Shown here one piece after another: positions 50,771 to 64,000 of a DNA stretch of 64,000 nt (position 1 is its first letter; the number at the start of each line of letters is the position of its first letter). The notes beneath the pieces were generated by a model. It made no database searches. It saw only the letters and a list, made by a program, of their open reading frames with translations, and had not been told where the DNA came from. The position numbers were made by a program, and so were the translations under genes. Source of the stretch: the human T2T-CHM13v2.0 reference genome, Homo sapiens; assembly GCF_009914755.1 (NCBI RefSeq), contig NC_060928.1; one strand, 5' to 3'.

Positions 50771-53364
50771 CTACCTCACAAATTATAAACTGAATTGGCC
50801 TTTATGTAGCCACAGCCATGTCCTGTGTTTTGTTTTCTTTTCTCCTTCAATAAGGAGTTTCTTACAAAATATTTTGTGCAAGTTATTTTTTGAGAAACAC
50901 TAAAAGAAAAAGATATCCCTATGATCTTTTTTTCATAGTTCTAAAGCTGATGGAGGTGTGCCTTTGAAATATTCTGTTCATGAATTTGTAATATATTAAA
51001 TCTGTGGGTTAAACTTCCTGCCAAGGCTCATGACAAAATTTGCGTCCATCCAGAAGGAATTTGGAAATACTCCATAAATAAAAAGAAATCACGAAATTTC
51101 CAGGCTCCGGTGGCACACCCCATGTTGCTTCCACTTTAGTGAATTCTTCCTTGTAAGAATTATTGAATGGCAGTTCGATACCGATCTTATCTGCTCCCTG
51201 GCTTCCCCTTCCATCATCTCGCTCCAGGATGTGGCTGCTGAGATGATTTTCCGTTCTCGCTTTCCTAATGCTGCCTTTCCGCCTCCTTGAATCTCTTCAT
51301 TGCTTGTCCTTTTTGATATGACCTTCTTGTACCTTGAAATATCTCCTCTGGTTCAAAAACCTCTGTTAATTCTATTTTCCCTTCCTCTGTCCAGGCTGCC
51401 AGTCGGATTCTCCCTTTCCTCATCTTCATTGAGAGGGCGTCTCTCTCACCGGCCCTGCTGCTTGAACAGCATGCCTCTTAGCAAATATGAAGCTCTTCAT
51501 TTCATTAAAAAACAAAAACTAGAGATGCGTTTTCAGGAGAGTTCTTGAGTTGCTGTGATGAAGTCGCATAAATAGGATCCTCGTTAATTTTAACTCTAAA
51601 TGCGGCAGCCCTCTCAATAGTGTTCAAATTGATCCAACATCTTCTACCCCACTTATCACAACTTGACCTTGGAAAAACTGCACTGAACAGAAATATTTTA
51701 AACAAGCCTTTGACTGGTGTTATAATTACAGTCTTACAAAGAGCAAATGCCAATGGTAATCAGATTACGCATGTTTGTACCACAGGAGGGAGAATAACAC
51801 GTTAAGGAGAGTCACCATTAGTCACTGAAAGGCTCCAGGAAGTAGCTTCAACACCAAGTATTGTGCACAAGTGAGTGCTCTATGTTGTGGATGAGAGTCA
51901 GCACAGTTGGAGTACGTAGTCTTTTAAATTGGGCCATACACTACCAAATTAATGCATAAACATTATTCACAAAAGTGGATTGTTTTCAAAACATCAAATC
52001 CCTAAGGTTTCACAGGGTACAACTGAAAAATTATTACTTACACTGATCACAATTGTTCTTTTGATTTAATGTACTTAGTTTGTTTTCGATTATTGGAAAT
52101 TTAACTGATATTCTTTGATGATAGGGATGCAGAAACAATATTACATTTTAAAATAAACTTTAAGAACAATATTTATAAATTGAACATCTCCAACGTAGTT
52201 CTTAAGCTATTTGCTTGTTCATCTATGCAATGATACAGTTTTCTCTGTATTATTGCAATGATAAGTATACCTGCCTCACTTTCTATATCAGTCAATCTCT
52301 GATGGGGACAATTTTTAAAGTCACGTATTAAAAGCACCCTTTACAAATTGCATATGTGATAGAAACTTTTCAAGGTGCAATTATCTCATTAACAAATTAC
52401 TCATTTAACAAGCTGACTCATCAAGATAATAAGGAGGAAGACTCAATGCTGATTCTTTTTAGAGAAAGAAGCTCGTATTATGTGAAAGATATTTTCATAA
52501 TTTAAGTGAACCTTATAAACATATCCTTTGCAACTATAGTCATTTAGGTACTGGATATGATTTTGTATTTCTAATCATTTAACATAAATGAAAAAAATGA
52601 GAAGCAGTAGAATTAATGTTCTTCATGATCAAAACGATTCCGACAGAAGTGGAGATTATATTTAAAAAAGTTCACATGGTATAGTGATGCAAACCTTCCA
52701 GATTATTAGCATTTTTAGTGAAAGTAATGTCACCGTCATGCTGTTCATATTAACTGTGGTAGCATTCAGGGCAATACGCTTCCCCCAGCTTCCTCTGCAG
52801 CCTCTAGTCCCTGGCCATCTGGAATCTCTTAGCAAGGGTTGATTTGGTGCTATATTAAGCTTCGCTGATCTTTCAGATACAGTAAACTATTGTTTTATTT
52901 TGTTCTGGTATAAACACAAATAATAATTATTAACTTGAAGGGACTTTGGCTCAACATAAAGATTCCTGGACTCTCTTTTGCCCTGTCGAAAAACAAAGTT
53001 AGTTTCCACACATCCCAAAGTGTAAAGTGTAGACTCCAGTGTAAAAAGAATCATATGCTAGCCTTTTCCCAATTTGTATCTTAAAATGACAAAAGAGCAT
53101 ATTCAAGTAAGAATTAGAAGTAAAATTTAACTTTAAGTCCATCTTCCTTCTAATTTAGCAATTAATCTTGTGAGTTTTATTGCCTTTGCTGATGTCTCCA
53201 AATTAAAGTCTTAATGAATGACTATAAAATGCCTTAAACCATGCAAAAGCATGCTGGAACTATTTACTGCGGTTCTCCTTTTTGGTCATAGGTGAAAGAA
53301 ATATGTACACACGCACACACACACATATACATACACACATTTGCATACTCCTGTGTTAAGTTGT

Positions 53365-53580
53365 CATAGTAACATGCACAGGGATCTAGGCTCCAGGGCG
53401 TCAGAAAAAAATGAGTTCTCATCCTAGAAATGCTCATAAGCCTGGTTTGTAGGAGAATTCGCTGGGCCTCAGTTTTCTCATCTCTGAAATGGGGTGCCCT
53501 GTCTTCCTCCTTACCTCAAAAGACTTTGCCAAGATTAAATGCACTAATGCCCAAAAACGCACTTTGTAAACTGAAAAGTA
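53365..53580 (+). mobile_element. MIR SINE
   Basis: ctgggcctcagttttctcatctctgaaatgggg...aagattaaatgcactaatg...gcactttgtaaactgaaaag. Confidence 0.65.
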
Positions 53581-53784
53581 GTATAGCAGTATACAATATT
53601 ATTCCTAGGTTTATTATGTTAGTCAGCTGAGAAAGTTTTACAGGTAAAGCATTAACACAAAAGTACTTGTGAGTCAAGTTCAGGCTGATGTATTTGGTCT
53701 TGAAAGTAATTTTTGCATAGCATTCATATAAAGATAGTGATGATTTCAGGACTCGTTTATTTCTTATCAACGCAGACCAAATTA

Positions 53785-54146
<362 letters not shown>

Positions 54147-54942
54147 TCACACTGAATAGTTAAAGTAATAATAATATTGATCCACACTTCCTCTAATAAT
54201 AACATCATCAAACATTTTGTAAAAATTAATTAAGTCTCACATGTTCCTTATTTGAAAATAAATTAATAATTTATGGCATAATGAGACCTGAACAATCAGC
54301 ACCATTAACTGTTCTTAGGATGAGTTTAATCCCTTAGTCATTTAATTTAATCACTAAAAATACTTTCATCTTTTATTGATTTGTATTTCAACTGTCCCCA
54401 TTTCAATTTTTAGAAATACATCTTGCTTAGTCTTTAACAATTTATAATATAAACTTTAAAAATAATCTGACTTCTATGAGTCTATGAAATTAAAAGGGAG
54501 AGGATTAGATATAGTGTCTTTCCACAAGAAATCACATAAACAAGGAAGTTTATTTGGTTTATTTTGAAGAAGGTAGAATTATTTCTAAAAACTTGAGAGA
54601 GATTTAAAAAAAACCTTTTAGGTGACATAAAATCAGAATCTAAAATATTTCATTACTTTCATGAAAACTTACACGTTTCACCTCTTATTATGTAAAACTC
54701 TAGCTAGGTTCATCTTTTTTGGAAGATATGAAATGGACCTATGAAAGGAAACCTTTTTTTCCAAGGTAGAATGGTACAAAGTTTTCCAGAAATTTAGCAG
54801 ATTATTTTTGACTTAGTTATCAATGTAGAAGAAGAATGAAAAGATGGTGAAAATGTTACTTGTTGGCAAATATCTCTATTTCTTTAAAAATAATATACTT
54901 TTGCCAGGTTAATTAGCAATAATTACTTTTAATAAATAACCA

Positions 54943-55208
54943 GGACGGGGCCCAGTGGCTCACTTTTGTAATCCCAGCACTTTGCGAGTTTGAGATTAGC
55001 CTGGGCAACATAGCAAGACCCTATCTCCAAAAATAATGAAATGTTTGAAGAATATGTCAAGCCTGATGGTCTGCACCTGTAGTCCTAGCTACTCAGGAGG
55101 CTGAGGCAGGAGGATTGCTTGAGCCCAGAAGTTTGAGGCTACAGGGAACTAGGATTGGGCCACTGCACTCCAGCCTGGGCAACAGAGTGAGACCCTGTCT
55201 CAAAAATA
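54943..55208 (+). mobile_element. Alu SINE (AluJ-like, left-arm deletion) followed by (TA)n to 55252
   Basis: gcaggaggattgcttgagcccagaagtttgaggctacag (J-type). The left arm jumps from cactttg to gagtttgag. Confidence 0.93.
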
Positions 55209-55469
55209 TATCCATATATATATATATATATATATACGTGTATATATATATAGCCAATTCCTTAACTCCTTGTATTACCTCTGAAGCCTCAAAAAAGATA
55301 ATACTCAAATAAGCAATTTTTCTCAATGGACAAAGCAGAAAGCTGCCTGCCTCTTGTGCTATTAGGAATGTCTTGTGATATCAGGAAAGCACTCTACCCT
55401 AAAACTTCTGTTCTCCTAACCTCAAGGCATAGCACAATCACTATTACAATTGTAAGAGCAACAATAACA

Positions 55470-55710
55470 TCATAATACATATAGCCTCATTTATGAGTAC
55501 TTACTATGTGCCAGGCACTCTACGAAGCATTCAGTATGGACACAATTGATTTTAATTCTCGTATCAACACTGTAATCTAGGTATTATTATCTCTGTTGCA
55601 AAGATGAGAATGCTGAGGTATAGAGTGGTTGAGAAGCTTGTCCAAAGTCACACAGCTAGTAAGCGGTAGGACTGTTTTTTTAAAACAAAGTCTGCTTAAA
55701 TTCAAATCTT
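55470..55710 (-). mobile_element. MIR SINE, near full length
   Basis: gagtacttactatgtgccaggcactct...aggtattattatctctgttgcaaagatgagaatgctgagg...tccaaagtcacacagctagtaagcgg. Confidence 0.85.
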
Positions 55711-56149
55711 TTGAAATTCATTTCTGTGGATTTTTGAAGCCTTATTATTCCCTATAAGAATGCAAATATCTTGTCACTATGACCTCACTGCTGGAAAAAA
55801 GGAAGCAGTGAATTTCTTAGTAATTTTCCTATCCAATAGTTATAACTGGGAGACTGTAGCGTTCTTTGGAGAGTGGATTTTAGGATAGGTTTGTTTTACT
55901 ATACTTTGCTTTTGGGTGGAGGGTGAAGAGATAAGTGCAGAGGATGAAGTCTTGTCAATATAGACAGTGCTTTAATAATACGCTACCTTGAGAGAGTACC
56001 TGATAACAAGCGGATAGGCAGTAGATGACAGAGACAGAAGAACGATACGGGTACATCCAAAAAAGCTTCACCCACTTTATAAATTTGCTCAGAGGGAACC
56101 TAGGCAGAAAGCCAATTCTCTACTTATTTTCTGGATCCAGTCTCATTAC

Positions 56150-56303
56150 ATTAAATGTATACACACATCCTTCTGCTCATAGTCCATTGGTCAAAGCGAG
56201 CCACGTGGACACATCCAGTTCCAAAGAGCACTCCTATCCTCTCGTGGGCCCAGAGAGAAGAGAACTAGAGGAGTAATGAACATTCGTACTAACTACCGTC
56301 ATA
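56150..56303 (-). mobile_element. MLT1 (K/L-like) LTR fragment
   Basis: catccttctgctcatagtccattggtcaaagcgagccacgtggacacatcc. Confidence 0.55.
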
Positions 56304-56319
56304 GTAACTAACATAGTTA

Positions 56320-57500
56320 CACATATGGAAAAATGAAATAAACCTAGCCCCTTTTTTCAAATATAAGTTATATTTTTGATGAGTTAAAGACATAAATATT
56401 AAAAATCAAATTTTAATACATTTAGAAAATAGAGCAGAATGTCTTATGACATTGAGGTAAGTGATAATTTCCTTAAAAATGAAGAATACAGACTCCTAAC
56501 CAACAATATTAGTAACTATCATTGCATTGAAATGAAATACCTTTTGCAGGACAACAGTATGTTTTTAAAAAGGAAAAAATATAAGCCACACACAGAGACA
56601 AAAGCAACCCATATGGGCAATAACAAATTAATTTCCAGAGCACATAAAACATCTGAAAATCAATATGAAAAAGACAGCTAACTTAATATACAAATAGACA
56701 ATAAATACAAACAGATAAGCCATGAGAAATGAAGAGACCGTCATTACACAGTGAATGCTCAACCTCACCTAGAATCAACAAAATGCAAATGCCACTGAAG
56801 TACCATTACAGACCCATCTGGAGGCGAAAGTTCAGAAGTTTAACAAGACCCCTGTTGGGGGAATATGAATAGATGGGAGTTCCCTTATATCCCGGATGGG
56901 CATGTAAATTTAGCTTACTCACTTTACATAACAAGTTGGCCTCAGGGACAAACCCCGTATCCCACTTCTTTTATTTCCCCTCTTAAATAATACACAAGTG
57001 ATTGTGTTTAGGGTTGTTTGCAGTAGCACTGTTTGTAATGATAAAAACTTGAAAGCATCCACAGAAGAACAGATGCATCCGTTGGAATCCACTCCCTAAG
57101 AAGTAAGCTTTCCAATAGCAGCCACTTTTTCTATTTTGTTGGCTGTTAAGTCTTCATCACCTAGAAGAATGCCTGGAATGTAGTAGGTGCTCAATAAATA
57201 TTTAATTAACTGAAGAAACAAATGATGAGATAATTGAAATACTATAAAGAATCTAAAATGAATGAACCAGAGTTACACGTATCAATATTGATATTCCTCA
57301 AATTAATGTTGAGTGAGAAAAGCAAGTTGAAGGATATGTAACTAAGAAATCATTTTTATAAATTATAAAACACGTAAAATACTCTCTATTGCTTATAGAG
57401 AGGATAAACATATATACAAATATCAAAACCCGACAAGAAGGACAAATTCAGGAAAGCATTTGGGGTCTAGCAGAGTGTTTATGAGATCAGAGAAACTAAA
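56320..57500 (+). mobile_element. Old L1ME-type 3' fragment, with a short L2 terminus at ~57150-57215
   Basis: A-rich L1-like text (gaatgctcaacctcacctagaatcaacaaaatgcaaat; gcagtagcactgtttgtaatgataaaaacttgaaagcatcc; taatgttgagtgagaaaagcaagttg). Confidence 0.7.
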
Positions 57501-60407
57501 GGCAACCATAATCTTATTCGTATTTTTTTCTACAAAAGCTGATATGACAAGTTAGTATTTTTTAAGCCTGCATATTGCAAAGTATCTCAAGTTTTGAAAA
57601 TATTGGTTTCTGTACCTCTTTTTGTATAAAATATGCAATGACAACATTATTTACTGAGAGTACTCAGCATACCCATATTAAATTCATGAAGCAACTGAGT
57701 AGGCAATTTTGTTTCTTAATAGAGTATTGTAATTTATTATACTTTGATATTCAGTAGCTTGGCAACTTATTTTAATAATTTACTAATTTCAACTATTCTA
57801 TTCAAATTTCACCGGTTTAAAATATCGGTATAATTTTGTGGCTAGAGAGCACTGAACTATGTTGCAGAAGTTCATTACTGTCTTCTAGAATCTCATACGG
57901 ACTGTTACATTTATATCTAACAGTAATTAATTAATAAATGCCCATGTGTAAATTACAGTATTCTGGCTAGAGTACAAAATTCTTCTAGTCTTGTCCCTGC
58001 CTTTTAGAAGCTTACCACTGAAAGTCTTTAAATGTAGAAAAGATTTCGTAATACACAAAAAGAAAAGCTACATTCGTTCAAGACATTATTTCTCAACATT
58101 TCTGTGGCTTGATATTTGCTCTTTGTTCTTCTGCATTTATAGCTCAATCCTTCTGGGCAAAGATGGAACCCTCTTAAATATTTTCTGCACTCCCAAGCAT
58201 TACTATTCACACTTCATAAATAATAAAAAAAATCACGATATTTAACCTTTCATTACATTTGCTCTTAGCTATTCCATTCGTCTCTTTATGATTTGCCTCT
58301 GATTCATCTTAATGTCTTTAATGACCATTTTAATTAAACGAAAGAATTCCGCATGGCTATAGTTATGGATTACGCTAAAAGGAATATACATGTATAGCAA
58401 AATTACATATATTTGTGACCTTACGACAATCAAGGCTGTTTAATCCTTATCAGTGACATCAGTGTGGACCCAATTAGCACAGTTTGCAGCCACTTCATAA
58501 TTCAAAAGAATGTGATCATTCAGCTGGAAGCACATTTGACAGAAACTCCATAGTCATGAAGGGAAAAGCTTGCAAGATCACTCACTAGGATGGAGAAGCT
58601 GTCATTCTTTCATCAGTGCTGTTGAATACTAATGTCAAGGTCAGGATGGTGTAATTTTAGGCTGCCAAAATATTGCTGGAATTGATATACCAGAAGATGT
58701 TTAAGAAAGTAAAGAAATACAACTTTGGAAAACTTTCCCAAGGTAGGGTTTGATATGACTCCTTGCTGCCTGGAGACAATTCTCCATTTTATCATTGTTT
58801 TACAAGAAAATCTTCTGCTAGTCCTGCGCATAACGATTCCAATATTCTTCCCTTCCTTTGTCCCTTATATTATTAAATTTATATCTTGGCTAAGAATTGT
58901 AACTATTGTAAAAATCTATTCCTTTGAGATTCTAATTTTAAAAGAAAGCCTGCTTTTCTTAAGCTTACCGTTCACCCCTTCACCCTCCTTCTACCCCAGG
59001 TGGAGCGAGAATATAAGATACATCAAATTCAAGTATGATTTTCTAAAAATGTCATTTCAAATAGGTGTTTCTCTTCTCCTCAGAGTGTAGAAAATAAGAA
59101 TATAATAAATTGAAATAAAAGTTCAAGTTACATGGAATTTCCGAGACAATAGCTTGTTCTAATTAAATAATAATTGCTTTACATTGTTAACCTTAATTCC
59201 ATTTGTCTATGGTACTCTTGTGATGGTGGTTGTGGTGTTTTCCAATGCTTTTATATACGTTATGTATGTTATAGGATCCTCATGACCGTTCTGGGAAGCA
59301 GAGAACTGTGTTTCTTGCCATCATTTTAGAAGAGACATGTGAGGGTCTAATAGCTGTTGACTTTCTGAAAATTCACAGCATGTAGGATGAAAATCTGGTC
59401 CTGGAACCAGCTTCTGGGATATGTTTCAGTATCCTTATATTGTTACACATTGGCCACTTATTACGGTATCTTTGGATCCCTAAATCATTCTCCTAATTTC
59501 TCCCTTTTTCTGTCTTTTTTTTTCTTAATTTTAAGGGCAACATAATAGGCAAAATGCATTGCACATTTCTTTTATTTTTACTTTTACTGAAATCTCCAAG
59601 ACTCCATTCTCTCAAACAGGAAAAAAAAAAAAAACCCAAAACTCACAGTTGCCCTGATCTGATTGATTTTGCAAACATAAATATGTCAATGAGCTATGCC
59701 AAACAATAGCTCAGTAGGACTGTTTTCCATATTCCAGATACATTTTGAAAGATGTCTAAAATGACATGTTTGCAGTAAAATATACATGGCCGGGTGAACT
59801 TTCCTACTCTTATCTTGCGCCTCAGTAACTCTAAAGAGAAAGTGAAATCTTCTCTTCTGCATCAGACATGTTTTAAAAATATTTAAATATTGCTTTCAAA
59901 TATCCCTTACCCTTCATAAACATACTGCATACTTTTAACAAATTCTAATTTTAACTTACTACTCAGGACTGCTACTTAGGGCTTAGGGGCAGAAAGCCAT
60001 CACCTTTTTAAATGTTTTCCTGGTGGATGTTTTAACTGAATTGATTCAGTCTACATTAGACCATGCTTATGCTTAGCTTTAAACAGAATTTATCAGCTTC
60101 CTCTGGTGCTTTAAATCTTCTGAGATGATTATGGAGACACCACTACAAGCCTGCTTGACTGCTTGACTTTAAGCAATCTTTTATGATTTGGGTATAAAAT
60201 AAAAATGGATGCCCTATTTTAAGTGACTAACAACTTGGCCTTGGAAATCGTGGAATAAATACACAATGAGCCCAGCTAGCCCCTGAAATACACAGTGCCA
60301 CGGCGTCAAAGACAGATCTTACTCAAAGGTCACCCTCTTACAGTTGGAGTTTGAAGAATAGGAAGCAGCATGTGGAAGGTTGAAGAAAGGTTGTGAAAAC
60401 CTCAGCT

Positions 60408-60703
60408 GGCCAGGCACAGCGGTTCACGCCTGTAATCCCAGCACTTTGGGAGGTCGAGGTGGGCAGATCTCTTGAGGTCAGGAGTTCGAGACCAGCATAG
60501 CCAACATGGTGAAACTCTATCTTTACTAAAAATGCAAAAATTAGCTGGACGTGGTGGCACAGGCCTGTAATCCCAGCTACTTGGGAAACTGAGGTGGGAG
60601 AATCCCTTGAACCCAGGAGGAGGAGGTTGCAATGAGCCAAGATTGTACTGCTTCACTATAGCCTGGGCAACAGAGCAAGACTTCATCACAAAAAAAAAAA
60701 AAA
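60408..60703 (+). mobile_element. Alu SINE (AluSx/Sz-like)
   Basis: ggccaggcacagcggttcacgcctgtaatcccagc...; A tail. Flanks aaaacctcagc / aaagttcagc. Confidence 0.96.
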
Positions 60704-61784
60704 GTTCAGCCCAGGGCATTAACTGAAATATATGCAGAAACAGTGTATATATATATATTTTTCTAGCCCATCTCATCTTAGTCTAATAGATATCCTCTGT
60801 CTTTTCATATACAGCATTTGTGTTCAGCCTGAATGGTGTTAATCCAACAAATATTTATACAGGGTCAACAGGTTCTGTGAACAGTCCTGGGGATTCATTA
60901 ATAAATAAAGGAAGTCCCTTCTCTCAAGAAGCTCAAAGTCCAGAGGCAATGCAGTTTTTTTCTTTAAGGAAAATACAGACATTGTCAATGCTAAGATGGG
61001 TACTACAATGACCGTATGAGAAAAACACAGCAAATAGAGGCAAAGGAAGGGGAGAGCACGTGCGTCTCAGAGTCCACATGGTATCGGCCCTGTCTAATGC
61101 CTGGGTAGGATGAAGGAGCTGAGTGCCAAAGCTTTGTAAAACCAGTGGGCTGGCTCCTGTGGAGTGAGTTGCCATAGGCCATGTCTATGGCTGTCCTCTC
61201 CTGGCCCTGCCATACTCCAGTAGGTAAAAGTGCGTTCAACATTTAAACATCCATCCTCTTCCTGGTGCTCCTCCCCAGCATAGGGTCTTATGACATCAGC
61301 TATGCTTCCTGTCTTTGAGGAAGGTCCTTGGCTCAGCCTGTTCCCAAGAGTGCCAGGCAATGGCAATAGGGGTCTGCCAGGCCTGTGAACTCAGGGATTT
61401 GCACATAGGATTCTATTGTTTGACAACTCACTTGCAGATCATAGAGACTTGATGGAATTATGTAACCTTAGCATGCTTCTATTTTCTTAGTTTTAACATG
61501 GGAAAAATAAACACACCACCCTTAAAGGTTACAATGAGAATTAAGAGAAATGAAGCCTGGGTCTTCCCTCCTAGAAGGCAGTTGATAAAGCAGTTTATCT
61601 TTCTTCTTTCTTCCCACCTTCCCTCTTCTTTCTTTTATTTCTTCATCATCTTCTTAGCCATCTTGTTTGCAAATTGCAGCTCAGTATGAACCAGACCTCC
61701 ATGAGGTGGAGAAGTGAATACAACTGACCATGTTCTCCAAATAAATCACAAAGAACTAAAATCATCTGTGATTACAAGACCAGA

Positions 61785-61995
61785 GGGTTGGAGTGAAGAT
61801 TAAATGAGATAATGCAAGGAATGCATTTAGCACATAGTAAATGCTCAATATGTATCAGCTGCTGATAGCCGTAATATAGCCTAGTTTCACTGTGGCAATG
61901 GAGCGGAATTGCTAATTGTGCAAGAGTTGGATGAAATAATCCAAGCAAAGCACTTAGCATATAGTAAGTACTCAATAACTATTAGCTACTATTAG
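61785..61995 (+). mobile_element. Two adjacent MIR 3' fragments
   Basis: gaagattaaatgagataatgc...agcacatagtaaatgctcaata, and again atgaaataatcc...aagcacttagcatatagtaagtactcaataactattagct. Confidence 0.7.
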
Positions 61996-63734
61996 CTGCT
62001 ACTAGCTGAGTTTTTACTGCATGAGTGGGAGTGGAATTGACAAAATTATCCTAGGATGAGGGTTCTGCTGTTATTCCATACCCTGCAGACAGCCTTTGAT
62101 GGTAGCTGAGGAAATTGCTTTATTTTGTACCTGCTATGAAGCAAGCAACTGGTGTGATCATAATACTGGCAGAGAAACGGCAGCTGGTAGAGAAAAGAGA
62201 AGACAAACTCCTTTTTTTTCTCTTAGCCCAACAGAGCAATTATCCTAGTCCCCACAACCAGAAAGAGAAAACAAGACAAAACAGTACTTAAATTCTATAC
62301 TATATTCAAGTCTTAATGAGAACGATTTTCTCCCGAAGGCTCTTCTAATCCACTGGTTTGGCCAGAGTTTCAAAGGGTTGCATGAATTCACATTAAAATA
62401 TTAAAGTTAATATTTCAAAACTTTATAATGCCTTCCAAAATATTTTTGCATATATCACCTTCTACATTAAGTAAACATTTATTTGGTACATTATGTATGT
62501 AACATTATAGCTTTCAAAAATTATATAAGAAATTGCAAGGAAAATGTCAAATATGATGGGAGAAACAGTCTTATTTTAAATGTTTGCTTCTAGGGCTTTG
62601 ACTTAAAAATATTAACCTTAAATTTGAAAGGCCAAGGTTCATACTAAGTTTTCCAGAAACACATTAAAATTGTCACTATGAATATCAATAAACTAAACAT
62701 CACTTTGAGTTTCGGCTTTCATCTTCAACTCAAACTTAAGCACACATTTCAAGGTTGCTTATGTATGTTAAAATATTCCATAGAAAAGTTTGCAAAAAGC
62801 CTGTTTGTGAGCCTAAAAGTCCTGGTTATCTTCTTAACAAAGACCTTCAGTTGAACAGCTCAGCACAAAAGCAAGCCTTTCCAAGGCAACAAAAAAGACT
62901 GCTAAGTCCAAAAAAAGAAAAAAGGCTCTAATACTACATAATTTCATTTGGGATCCAAATAAATTAAGAACAAGCCCCTCTTTCATTAAAGCAGTGACCC
63001 ATTTTATGGCAGTGGATTGTGGCTTGTTCACCTCTTTATTCAAATGTGACTTATGCTAACTAATGGAATTCAGGCCCCACCATTTCTAAAGGGGGCACAA
63101 TTGTGGCAGTTGGAAGATGGAGCTGTTTCCTTTCCATTCGAGCCTGATGTTTCCTCCTTGAATTATAAAACTTGAGAAATACATGTTGACGTTCTGTATT
63201 CGCAATGTGGGCATTGGCTGGGCATCACCATAATTGTCAGTGACAGACATTCTTTTACAAAGATAAGTTCTCACCTAATTTGTGTGAAGCAGTCCCCAAA
63301 GAATGTCGCGGTAACAGCCAGCACATGTGCAATATTGCTTTCAAATAACATGCATGTGCCAAATGCCAAAATGAAAATTTGTGGAAATGACATCTGCAAT
63401 TGCAGGAAAAAAAATGTCTCAAAGAAATCATGGGAGATTCTGTGTTTCTGGGAGTTGTTTAGGTCAGTGCTCTTTTCATAAAAAATGACTGCTTTGTCAC
63501 TCTTCTTGTGAGCTTCTCTGTGAACTTTAGCAAGAGGCAGGAAAGGGGTTAGGTCATTCAAGGGGCATCAACAAAAGCAGCAAGTTCAGAGTCACAACTA
63601 CAGTACGGTGTAAAGGATGGATACGAAAGCTCGTGGTTTCTCAGAAATTCCTATGTCTAATGTCTAATTTGATTTACTTGTATATGTCAAGCAAGGTTTA
63701 GCAAATCCAATGACAGGGCTTCTTTTAAGGAAAA

Positions 63735-63893
63735 ATAGCAATAGCTACAGTTTATATGATGCTTGCTGTGCGCCAGGCACCCTTCTAAGCTCTTTATGTA
63801 TATTAACTCATTAAATTCTCACAGCAGCCCCATGAGGTCTGTATAGTTGTTATTCCCATTTTACAGATGAAGAGGTCGAGGCATAAAGATTAA
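63735..63893 (-). mobile_element. MIR SINE
   Basis: gtgcgccaggcacccttctaagc...attaactcattaaattctcacagcagccccatgagg...tattcccattttacagatgaagagg. Confidence 0.85.
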
Positions 63894-63898
63894 AGACG

Positions 63899-64000
63899 AG
63901 GCTGGATGATGGCTCACGCCTGTAATCCCAACACATTTGGAGGCTGAAGCGGGTGGAATGACTTGAGGACAGGAGTTTGAGACCAGCTTGGGGAACACAG
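63899..64000 (+). mobile_element. Alu 5' part, truncated by the window end
   Basis: ggctcacgcctgtaatcccaacacatttggaggctgaagcgggtgga...aggagtttgagaccagc. Confidence 0.92.

Noticed and set aside
55208-55252. Long AT palindrome
   Set aside because: It is only an interrupted (TA)n microsatellite derived from an Alu tail, so the self-complementarity is trivial.

Overview
This is primate (human-like) non-coding genomic DNA, either intronic or gene-desert. It is AT-rich, CpG-depleted and crowded with Alu, L1, L2, MIR, LTR and DNA-transposon relics. No protein-coding gene, structural RNA gene or CRISPR array is supported: the ORF track contains only short ORFs (<150 aa), explained by repeats or chance. 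Repeat families were assigned from remembered consensus sequences, not a search, so subfamily names are provisional. I see no evidence for a new multi-gene biological system. The best observations are: (1) a THE1 LTR carrying two different HERV-K-type solo LTRs 32 bp apart, each with a perfect 6-bp TSD, all on the minus strand and followed by a strong splice donor; (2) an unexplained 93-bp near-perfect palindrome; (3) a ~45-bp segment apparently copied 3.2 kb away into an L2; (4) a near-consensus CTCF site beside a C/EBP site; (5) a CpG-rich patch with a 14-bp E-box palindrome and YY1 motifs; (6) a composite repeat with (TG)n spacers; (7) several repeat-free blocks that look like developmental enhancers.
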